Shown here in pieces: positions 9,630 through 17,829 of a stretch of DNA of 64,000 nt. Source of the stretch: an uncultured delta proteobacterium (GTDB lineage: Bacteria; Desulfobacterota; Desulfomonilia; UBA1062). Below the pieces are notes generated by a model that worked only from the letters and a program-made list of their open reading frames with translations, was not told the origin of the DNA and did no database searches. The stretch is from NCBI GenBank assembly GCA_963752595.1, contig CAVVYZ010000005.1, forward strand, positions 96,001 to 160,000. The letters run 5' to 3'. The translations under genes were made by a program, and so were the position numbers. Positions within the stretch are counted from its first letter, which is position 1. Every line of letters starts with the position of its first letter.

Positions 9630-9686
9630 GCATCGAACAAGGCGGCGGACGCCGACAAGTCGCGCCGCTGAGCTTAAACGTTACTC
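9630..9686 (+). other. Integron attC site 2, L'' arm apparently shortened
   Basis: GCATCGAAC AAGGC GGCGGAC...CGCCGCTGAGCTTAAAC GTTAC. GCATCGAAC is the exact reverse complement of GTTCGATGC at 7675-7683. Confidence 0.8.
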
Positions 9687-9699
9687 CAGGAGTCTGAAA

Positions 9700-10506
9700 G
9701 TGCCATCTTGTAAAATATGTAGAGAAGCTATTTTCGATGGTATTCATCTTTCCGATGGTGAGATGATCCATGAATCGTGCTTGAAAAACATTCAAGGCAA
9801 GGAAAAGGAAGTTGAAAACTACATATATGCACAGAAAGATAAATTGAAAAGGCTTAGGCAAGAAATTGAAAGACGTGAAGGGTTGGGATTTAAGATTATA
9901 TCAATATTTTCAAAGCCTGACATTGCTACCTTTGACATAGAAAGGGAAATTCCAACAATTGAGAAAAATATTTCTAGTTTGTCCAACAACTTGATATCCT
10001 TGCAAGCTTATACCACTTCTATTTACGATTACTTTCTTTCATATCCCCCTGATTGGGAAAAAAGAAGACGTCAAGTAATAGAAAGAGATGGTGAGCAATG
10101 CAGTGAATGCGGGAACGGGGGGCATCTTCACTTACACCATATCAAGCCCTTATCTAAGGGAGGCAGTAATAAAATATCAAATTTAAAACTGCTATGTGAA
10201 AATTGTCACTCGGAAGAGCACTGTGGGCGAAATTTCTCTGGTGAGTTTAACAGTTCGGAAACAGCATTTTCTAAACGTTTAGCAAATATACGATATGCCA
10301 TAGACAACGGAAAGCGTATTAAATTTAGCTACATGAAGTATAACGAAAAAAGCTATAAACAAAGAACCGTTAAGCCAGCTGAACTTGTAAATTTAGACCA
10401 TCATAGAGATAGTGGATCAACTCTTTGTGTTCGTGGATATTGTGAACTAAGGGAAGCGGAACGCGTATTTGCATTAAAGCGAATGAAGGGCCTGAAAGTA
10501 TTATAG
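9700..10506 (+). CDS. HNH endonuclease-WYL domain fusion with N-terminal Zn-binding motif and coiled coil, cassette 3
   Basis: CxxC...HxxC N-terminus. HNH: PPDWEKRR..V.ERDG..CSECG...HLHHIKPLSKGGSN...NL..LCENCH. WYL: AIDNGKRIKFSY...RTVKP...GYCELREAERVFALKRM. Very AT-rich. Confidence 0.85.
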   Translation: MPSCKICREAIFDGIHLSDGEMIHESCLKNIQGKEKEVENYIYAQKDKLKRLRQEIERREGLGFKIISIFSKPDIATFDIEREIPTIEKNISSLSNNLISLQAYTTSIYDYFLSYPPDWEKRRRQVIERDGEQCSECGNGGHLHLHHIKPLSKGGSNKISNLKLLCENCHSEEHCGRNFSGEFNSSETAFSKRLANIRYAIDNGKRIKFSYMKYNEKSYKQRTVKPAELVNLDHHRDSGSTLCVRGYCELREAERVFALKRMKGLKVL

Positions 10507-10531
10507 GCATAACAAGCCCATCAACTCGGAT
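10506..10531 (+). other. Truncated attC site 3 (R'' and L'' half only)
   Basis: GGCATAAC AAGCC CATCAACTCGGA directly after the stop codon. No L'/R' arm found before MITE copy 2. Confidence 0.6.
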
Positions 10532-10649
10532 AGGGGATTTCCCCCAGGAATAGATCTCAATAAGCACCAAAAAGTAGTTATCGGAATGGTCAAAACAATT
10601 GGCAGGGCTCAAAACCCTTCATATTGTTTTTAGTATACACATTATCCTA

Positions 10650-10796
10650 GAGGCTGTTGAAAAACTCCGGGAAGTGCAAAAACTATCAAATCGGGACCAT
10701 CAAAACACAAGCCTCGATCAATAAATTTCCAATGTCGGGCATTCTGTGAGGTCGTTTTTTTGTCACTTTTCAACCTTTTAGTTTTTCAACAACCTC
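10650..10796. mobile_element. 147-bp MITE, copy 2, same orientation as copy 1
   Basis: Identical by eye to 6695-6841; flanked by TA on both sides. Confidence 0.9.
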
Positions 10797-10851
10797 TATA
10801 GAGGTCTGTCCTTTCGGATGAAAATATAGATGCTTTGATATCCTTTGAACA

Positions 10852-12129
10852 TCAGGGATCAAGATTAGATACGTCCACGCATGATAAGGGACTTTTCTCA
10901 ATTTTGACCAGATACAGCGGGGAAAGCACTGTCAGGCCAAGAGCGATAATCATTAAGGCCTGACCTAAACCAAGATAGTCGGCCAGAAGACCGATTACAA
11001 AAGCCAGGACGGCGGTGTAGAATGCGGTTACCAATGAGCGGACAGACAGCGATGTCGCCAAGATTTCGCATGGTACGGTGTCACTCACGTAGGTTACGCT
11101 CATAGGCGACCTCAGGTTTTGGATAATAAAAATGCCCGTGAACAGAACAACTGCCGCAAAGCCATAGCCGAAATGATAAGTGAAGCCACAGAGGATGCCG
11201 AGACAGAAGCCTGTGAGCATCGTGAGATTCAGTGGTCTGGTAAGCGTATCGAAGTGCGCGGTAAATTTGCCTGAATACCTGCTGGCCCATGATGTCATTA
11301 AATAAATACAAAAGTAGACTATGCCTACTAATACAGCCGAACGCTGTTTAGCTTGAAACATGACCAGCACAGGCAAAGTCAGAGCTAAGCTCTTGATGAT
11401 GGGCTGCAGGAAATCTTTGACGGCATTGTAAAACCCGTCATAGATGCAGACATTGGTAGTTGCCCTGAAGGCCCCCTGTCCCCTGAACGTAACCTTCAAA
11501 CTCTGCCATACCATGAAGAAGCTTTCCTTGATACTGTCACTCTTATTAATTTCCCGATCCAGCTCCTGGGGATATGTGAGCATCAGGAATAGGTTCAGGA
11601 CATAGGGCAGGGTCGATATCAGAAAGATCACATCGTATCGTCCGCTCACGAAGACGATTGCCGCCGCGATCAGGGCTGAAACCGCCGAACCCTTCTGAGA
11701 CCAGGAACGGGTATGCCCGTAGTAGTCTACCTTTTGATCCTGCCAGCCGTTCATCTTGAGGTATTCGAAAATCATGGCCTTGTGAGTGCCTCCCCTGAAT
11801 GCTTCACCGAAGGCAAAAAAAGTCATGGCAAGCATCATGAGCCAGAAAGCTGATGCGTAATAGAAGATAAGGAAGGATGTGATGTAGGCCAGAAATGACT
11901 GAACCATTGTTCGTCGACGGCCGAGCGCATCAGCGATAACACCGGTAGGTACCTCCATGAGGCTTGTCATGATTTCCCGGTAGGCATAGAGCGTACCGAT
12001 CAGTGTGTAGCTCAAGTTTTTTTCCAGCAGGAACAGGATCAGAAAAGGCTCGAAGAGCTTAAGGTTTTTCAGGAAACCATAGGCGCTGAACTTGACGAAC
12101 TGGAGATCCTTTTTGTATTTTTCAGCCAT
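10852..12129 (-). CDS. MFS transporter
   Basis: About 12 hydrophobic segments; EVPTGVIADALGRR motif A. Confidence 0.9.
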   Translation of the reverse strand: MAEKYKKDLQFVKFSAYGFLKNLKLFEPFLILFLLEKNLSYTLIGTLYAYREIMTSLMEVPTGVIADALGRRRTMVQSFLAYITSFLIFYYASAFWLMMLAMTFFAFGEAFRGGTHKAMIFEYLKMNGWQDQKVDYYGHTRSWSQKGSAVSALIAAAIVFVSGRYDVIFLISTLPYVLNLFLMLTYPQELDREINKSDSIKESFFMVWQSLKVTFRGQGAFRATTNVCIYDGFYNAVKDFLQPIIKSLALTLPVLVMFQAKQRSAVLVGIVYFCIYLMTSWASRYSGKFTAHFDTLTRPLNLTMLTGFCLGILCGFTYHFGYGFAAVVLFTGIFIIQNLRSPMSVTYVSDTVPCEILATSLSVRSLVTAFYTAVLAFVIGLLADYLGLGQALMIIALGLTVLSPLYLVKIEKSPLSCVDVSNLDP

Positions 12130-12732
12130 GGGTTGTTGAGCGTCTCCGTGAACCTTTTACTATCCACCCCTAAAAAGATAACGTACACAAAGAATGCCCT
12201 CTTGAGTGCCTCTATTAACACGAAGATCATCTGTTATGGAATTGGGTTTAGTGCTACAATTTTCATCATGAGTCATGAAAAAACATTTTTTCTGCATAAG
12301 CAGGTTCTCGTCCGCTATCCCAACCCTGTCGGTGTGGGCATCGCTGTTGGAGGCAGTGCTGTATTTTTATGCGGCCGTCAGTCTGATCGCCTATATGATG
12401 GAGGATGACCGGGTAGCAAGCGGGAACTCTGATGTCATGGCTGTACACGTTATGGTAAAGGCATGGTCAATTGATGGGGAGATTATAAAGAGCTCTGCCA
12501 ATCGTTATAGTCTCAAGTATTAAGTAATTTTGTACGGATATATCTTGAAGATCATAAATTTCTAAATATTGTAAAACCAAAAATTTATCGCGAAACTGTC
12601 AGTACTTTTAGTAAGTCCCTTACATAGCTCTTGAATAAGTGAAGTGCATCGCTACAATAAATGTGTGGAATGCGCTACAGGTGAGCCTAGTTGATAGTAG
12701 AGTTTTATCAAGATATGAATGGAGCTTATTAA

Positions 12733-13038
12733 ATGAAAATTTCAGAATGGTTGGATAAAAAGGAAGCAGAAGGCTTCGATGTATCTCAAATCATATTGCC
12801 TGATGCCGTATCTTTTAACGATGATCCCACCGAAACTATTTTTTTTAAGGAGATTAGGCCTTGCGGAATCCTCTGCACAGGCAATCATCCGTTTTCTACT
12901 GTTGAACGCTTTGAACACTGGTATTATAGCAGAGGCCAAGACAAAGAGGCCGGTATTCACTCCTCCAAGATGAAGTGGTGGTTGTTTACAAAGGATAAAG
13001 ATACCGCTGTCGATGCAGCTAAGTCACACATAGAATAA
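12733..13038 (+). CDS. Hypothetical protein
   Basis: 101-aa ORF with GGAG RBS in AT-rich DNA; no family recognised. Confidence 0.55.
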   Translation: MKISEWLDKKEAEGFDVSQIILPDAVSFNDDPTETIFFKEIRPCGILCTGNHPFSTVERFEHWYYSRGQDKEAGIHSSKMKWWLFTKDKDTAVDAAKSHIE

Positions 13039-13384
13039 TCTGATCTAATTACGTGGCTATATGATCTTTTGAGGAGATCTTCGTCAGGCCTCTGTTTTGA
13101 TAAAATAGTGCCATGCAAAAGCAAGTGTTCAGTATTTATATTATTATAAACTATAATTATAATAATTGTCGTAACATTCATTATTCTCAAAGCTATATAC
13201 CTGGACTATAGAGATCATCACAGAATCTATGGTCTTGAAAAATCCAACTCGTTTCGTTGCCTCTAGCACAGGATATTCAATATTTCGGATATTTCGGAAT
13301 AATAGAGTCCGTGACATACAGTAAATTCTCATATTATCATATTACAAGAAATCAGTAAGCAACATTTTAATTAATAAATGATGT

Positions 13385-13414
13385 AAGGCAGGGCAGCATA
13401 CGCTGCCCTGCCTT
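13385..13414 (-). terminator. Hairpin, probable intrinsic terminator
   Basis: AAGGCAGGGCAGC-ATAC-GCTGCCCTGCCTT just downstream of 13433-15376. Confidence 0.65.
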
Positions 13415-13432
13415 TGAAGGTACATCTGATTA

Positions 13433-15376
13433 TCAGCCTTTTCCCTTGTCGTGAGGAACGATGATCTTGATGGTTGCCGAACTCTGGTTGCCGGCTGTGT
13501 CTGTTGCATAGATCGTGATGGTATACGTTCTCCCGATACCGGACCCTGATCGTTCAGACCTGAGCTGCAGGGTGATGATCCCTGTCTGCTGGTCGATGAC
13601 CGGGGTGATCCAGTCAGGTGATACATCGCCATCTCCCAGACCGTCTTCCGGCTCATTGCTTGTCACTGTGGCGGACAGGCTTACGGGCATCCCACTCGAA
13701 TCGAATGCATTGGCCACGATGTCAACGGTTACCATCTTGTGGTTCGGTGGCCACAGGATGCCTGTGTCCGCGTAGGGGGCGAGGGTCGGGGCTGTGGAAT
13801 CGATGACATTCACGGTAGTCTGCGTGCTGACAGGGTCATTCACGCCATCGCTCACGGAAAGGGTCAGCGTATGCTGGCCGAGCATCAGGCCTGATGCCGT
13901 ACAATACGGGATCTGAACAGGGCTGCCTGCAAGTATCGACTGGATGGTTCCAGAGCATATAGTCTGGCCGTCCGCTTTCCATTCGTAGCTCAATACATCC
14001 CCGTCAAAATCGGAAGCCTCTCCGCTGAGGAACACGTCCGCGCCGTATTCATACGTCCCGCCGCCTCCCAAGATCGCCGCATGGGGGGCTGAGTTGTTTA
14101 AGGTAAAGATCATGGTGTCGGAGGCGCTTATCACCCCGTCCGTTACCTCGAGGGTAAGGGTGTAGGTGCCGGGCGGTATTTGGGCGCCCTGCGGGACAGT
14201 GAGGATGCAGTCCATGTTCTGGCTGACCGGAGTCCATCCGAGGAGCATGGTCTGCCCGCTATACCATCGGTAGGTGAGCGGCCTGGAGCCGTTGTACTGG
14301 GCCTTCCCATACATGGTTGTGCCATAGAGATTTTCACTGTACACGGTGATGTTGGGTCCTGCGTCTGCGGATATCTGAATGACAGGGTCGGGCAGGATGG
14401 TGATCGTCATCGTGTCTGTGGAGCTTTTCACCCCGTCCGTCACCTCGAGGGTCAGGGTGTAGGTGCCGGGCGGTATTTGGGCATCCTGCGGTATGGTGAG
14501 GTTGCAGCCCATGTTCTGACTGACCGGAGTCCATCCGAGGAGCATTGTCTGACCGCTATACCACCGGTAGGTGAGCGGCCTGGAGCCGGTGTAAATTGTC
14601 TTCCCCTGAATGACGGTATTCGGTAAATCCTTTACGTACACGGTCATGTCAGGCCCTGCATCTGCTGTGAGTTCTGTGGGAACAGAGATCGGACTGAGAT
14701 CGAGCTGTGCGTAATCAAAGGCGATAAAGGGCTCTTCCGGGGCAACGATCTCAATCGTCACCACCCCATCCAGCATATCCGCCCAGGGCACCTCATAATA
14801 CGCTCGCCAGATGAGTCCATCCTGAAAAGTCCCTGCGGAAGAATTCCCACTGAGAATCACCTGCTGACCTTCCACAACTGCATACATGGTTCCCACATCA
14901 TAGTCAGCATAGAGAAAACTGACATAGTGATTCTTTCCATAATCCGCATCACCTGGCTCAGGAACAGCAAAGGTAAAGGTGAAATAGGCATCGTCTGCGA
15001 TTCCCGGGGGATTGTAAAGCAGGGGAAATTGCGTATGCATCAGATCAGCATAAGCAGACAGGGTTATATCCGTCCATCGTGCACCGTTTGAAGGATCCTT
15101 TTCCGAAGCAGAACGGTTGTCGAAGACATCCCCGATTTCCCCTGACTCGAGCTGCATATCCCCGTCCTGATCGATGTCCGGGAGCACGTCGCCGGCTCCG
15201 AGGATGCCGTCGCCGTTTCTGTCTGCAGGGAGCCCGTCGAATCCGAGAAGGGATGATGCATTGGTATAACCAAAGCCATCGATATCCCCGATTACAACTG
15301 ATACAGCATGAACATCCATGCAACTTAAAAACACCATGAGTCCAAATAGAATACTGAACAACCTAACTTTTTTCAT
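13433..15376 (-). CDS. Secreted protein with Ca-binding-like DxDxDG motifs, duplicated PKD/Ig-like domains and a C-terminal LWPPNHK Ig-like domain
   Basis: Signal peptide; DRNGDG and DIDQDGD; two ADAGP...YTLTLEVTDG repeats; LWPPNHKMV...RSERSG...GRTYTITI.ATDTAGN. Confidence 0.8.
   Translation of the reverse strand: MKKVRLFSILFGLMVFLSCMDVHAVSVVIGDIDGFGYTNASSLLGFDGLPADRNGDGILGAGDVLPDIDQDGDMQLESGEIGDVFDNRSASEKDPSNGARWTDITLSAYADLMHTQFPLLYNPPGIADDAYFTFTFAVPEPGDADYGKNHYVSFLYADYDVGTMYAVVEGQQVILSGNSSAGTFQDGLIWRAYYEVPWADMLDGVVTIEIVAPEEPFIAFDYAQLDLSPISVPTELTADAGPDMTVYVKDLPNTVIQGKTIYTGSRPLTYRWYSGQTMLLGWTPVSQNMGCNLTIPQDAQIPPGTYTLTLEVTDGVKSSTDTMTITILPDPVIQISADAGPNITVYSENLYGTTMYGKAQYNGSRPLTYRWYSGQTMLLGWTPVSQNMDCILTVPQGAQIPPGTYTLTLEVTDGVISASDTMIFTLNNSAPHAAILGGGGTYEYGADVFLSGEASDFDGDVLSYEWKADGQTICSGTIQSILAGSPVQIPYCTASGLMLGQHTLTLSVSDGVNDPVSTQTTVNVIDSTAPTLAPYADTGILWPPNHKMVTVDIVANAFDSSGMPVSLSATVTSNEPEDGLGDGDVSPDWITPVIDQQTGIITLQLRSERSGSGIGRTYTITIYATDTAGNQSSATIKIIVPHDKGKG
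14110..14665 (-). repeat. Intragenic tandem duplication, 297-bp period
   Basis: GSRPLTYRWYSGQTMLLGWTPVSQNM and AQIPPGTYTLTLEVTDGV occur twice with high nucleotide similarity (e.g. TGTAGGTGCCGGGCGGTATTTGGGC at 14161 and 14458). Confidence 0.9.
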
Positions 15377-15609
15377 TGAATCCCTCCTCTTTTGGTTAAG
15401 GTACTATCGAAGGTAATCGTTTCTGGAGGCCACCATCGTACGGTTAACGAGTCCCCTACGTAATGTAAATCGCTGCCGTCAGGATTACCCCATGCCAGGA
15501 CATAATAATTGTCCACACAGATGGTTGCCGTTACGATTTTGGCTGATGCCTGAACTGCATACCCAGCTATGAAAAAGGCCAGGAACAGAAAGATTACTCC
15601 CCTTTTCAT
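15373..15609 (-). CDS. Short secreted protein or truncated remnant overlapping the next start
   Basis: MKRGVIFLFLAFFIAGYAVQASA signal peptide; stop overlaps the ATG of 13433-15376. Confidence 0.5.
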   Translation of the reverse strand: MKRGVIFLFLAFFIAGYAVQASAKIVTATICVDNYYVLAWGNPDGSDLHYVGDSLTVRWWPPETITFDSTLTKRGGIQ

Positions 15610-15902
15610 AAGAAAACTCCATTCAGATATGTAAATTACTTTATTGGACAATGCGCTGAATAATCTTCTTAGAGGAAGGTACCTGAGATGCTAGTTAAAC
15701 TCATGGAGGAAAACCTACAGTCTAGAAAGAGATGCAAGATCTATGCTATATGTTCACTGATTAAATATCTATTAATATTAAAGAAATAAAACCTAATAGT
15801 TGCCCCATAGACCTCCTGTGGAGAAATATTCTTCCGCAAAGGTGGAAAATAATTTGTCAGATCTTTCTGTAGGGGGACGGGTTAGGGGATAGGGGACGGA
15901 GG

Positions 15903-16030
15903 GTAGAGTGAAACTGACTGCGGTACGCCTGTCGGGACTTTCATTAACGCCTTGTCTCACCGGAGTATCTACCTCATCAGTCTCCCCTCATCAAACCGTA
16001 CATATTGTTCTCCAACAACTGCTTTTCCGA
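15903..16030 (-). other. Group II intron 3' remnant (degenerate domain V and domain VI)
   Basis: Minus strand reads GGAAAAGC...ATGTACGGTTTGATGAGGGG GAGACTGA...TCAGTTTC ACTCTAC, resembling DV/DVI and the AY 3' end. No RT gene. Confidence 0.6.
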
Positions 16031-16121
16031 GTGACCAGACTCTTTATGTCAAAATAGGTCTTATAGGAAGTCAATATTCCTTGAAGTTATCTCTAGTCTG
16101 CTAATACATATGATCTCATCA

Positions 16122-16788
16122 GAGGGTGTTGAAAAACCCGTTTTGGAAGATGTACTTGTATCCCTGAACCGACCCATGGGAGGTCGTCATTATCGCTGAC
16201 TCGTTATCCGTCATGTTGCTCTTGATCTCCTTGCCTTTCTTCCCACCCTTCCCGTCGTTCTCCTCAAGCCATGCCTTTATCCGCTGTGCCTGCTTCGTGA
16301 GTTTCTCGATCTGCTTTTCCTTGCTGCTCCCGGATGGGGGAGGCGGATCATCATCCTTCCTGTCTTCATCCTCCTGCTCCTTGAGCATCTGCCGCACCTT
16401 CTCTTCGATCCGGGCCTTCTTCCGCTTCAGATCGGAGACCTTCCCGCTCCACTGCTTCGAAGCATTCGATGGAAGCTTGCACCCGTCCCGGGCAAAAAAC
16501 GTCCCGCCTAAAAGTTCCAACTCCTCACATACCAGCAGAATGTTCCTGAACAACGGCAGGATCTCGTCCTTCATGGTGGGGACAAACGTGGCTATCGTCG
16601 TATGATCCGGGCATTGCCCGCAGGATAAGGCCATGAATACGATATTCTCACGGCAGGCCTGCTCGATCTTCCTCGATGAGATCAATCCCCGAGAGTATCC
16701 CAGCAGCACTACCTTCAGCAGAATCTTCGGGTCATAGGCCGGACTGATAGCTTCCTTGAGACTTTCTGGGGACTTTTTCAGCAGCTTC
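16122..16788 (-). mobile_element. Internally deleted IS1182-family element with transposase fragment (ORF 16119-16802)
   Basis: AYDPKILLKVVLLGYSRGLISSRKIEQACRENIVFMAL...PDHTTIA, (D)GCKLPSNAS and NMTDNES motifs. Ends GAGGGTGTTGAAAAAC and CTTTTTCAGCAGCTTC. Confidence 0.82.
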
Positions 16789-17170
16789 TTCGAAGATCTC
16801 AACTGGCGGGAGATGAATCCTCAGTTTAAGTCCCTAAAAGAATTAAAAGATCCGAGGGGATCACAAATCGAACAAGCTGTATGTACGATAACTTCTTGAC
16901 TAAAGCAGTTTTTTTGCCTAATCAAATCTCAACTATTACGGCTTAAGATCCGGTCGGACATTCTTCAGAAAGATGACCACCTGGCGCACTCAGATCGGAT
17001 CATAGCTGCTACTCCCCCGATATCACGGAGTAAATATCATTCCATAAGGCTTCACAGATGTTGCATACATACAAATGACTTCGTCACAATTACTCGTCGG
17101 CATCAAGCTTTCATGGTTGAGAAATGGCGATCCCTGCGTGCTCGATTCACGTCCATTGGGAGTGAATCCT

Positions 17171-17827
17171 TCAGTGCTCCTCAACCCACCGTACGGCGAA
17201 GCGCACCAGCTCTGCGGCGTTCTTCAGGTGGAGTTTTTCCTTGATTCTTTCCCGGTAAGTGCTGATCGTGCGGACGCTCAAGTGCATCTGATCCGCTATC
17301 TCGCCTGTGGATCTGCCTTCACCGATCATTCTCAGGACCGTGAATTCCCGGTCGGACAGGGTTTCTATGGGGGATTTTTCCAGGGAGTCCGGGCCTGTCC
17401 TTACCCTGTTCAGAAGATTGCCCATGATATTCTGGCTGACATAAATATTGCCCTTGAGGATGTGGCGTATGGCCTTGACTATGGATTTCGAGGTTTCCTG
17501 CTTCATGATGTAGCCTTGGGCTCCTGCCTGCAATGACCGCTCGGCATAGAGGAGCTCATCGTGCATGGACAGGACAAGGACTTTCATATTCTGGTAAGAA
17601 GTGCTGATCTCCCTGATCAGGTCGATGCCGTTGCTGCTTTTCAGGGTGATATCGATAACCGCCATGTCCGGGTCCAAATCCCTGATCAGGTTGCGCGCCT
17701 CGCCCACATCCTCGGCTTCTCCGCATACATGCAGATCCGGCTCGTGGTTGATGAGCTCTTTGATCCCGAGGCGAAACACCTCGTGATCTTCAACGATAAG
17801 AATCCTGACTTTGCCTGGTGCACCCAT
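17171..17827 (-). CDS. NarL/LuxR-type response regulator
   Basis: REC (IVEDH, VIDIT, LSMH) plus LuxR HTH (LSDREF...IADQMHLSVRTISTY). Confidence 0.95.
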   Translation of the reverse strand: MGAPGKVRILIVEDHEVFRLGIKELINHEPDLHVCGEAEDVGEARNLIRDLDPDMAVIDITLKSSNGIDLIREISTSYQNMKVLVLSMHDELLYAERSLQAGAQGYIMKQETSKSIVKAIRHILKGNIYVSQNIMGNLLNRVRTGPDSLEKSPIETLSDREFTVLRMIGEGRSTGEIADQMHLSVRTISTYRERIKEKLHLKNAAELVRFAVRWVEEH

Positions 17828-17829
17828 AC

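Noticed and set aside
12133-12523. Short overlapping ORFs upstream of the MFS gene
   Set aside because: No convincing RBS, motif or consistent frame.
14110-14665. DGR template/variable repeat pair
   Set aside because: Both copies are in-frame domains of one gene, the differences do not appear adenine-specific, and no RT is present.
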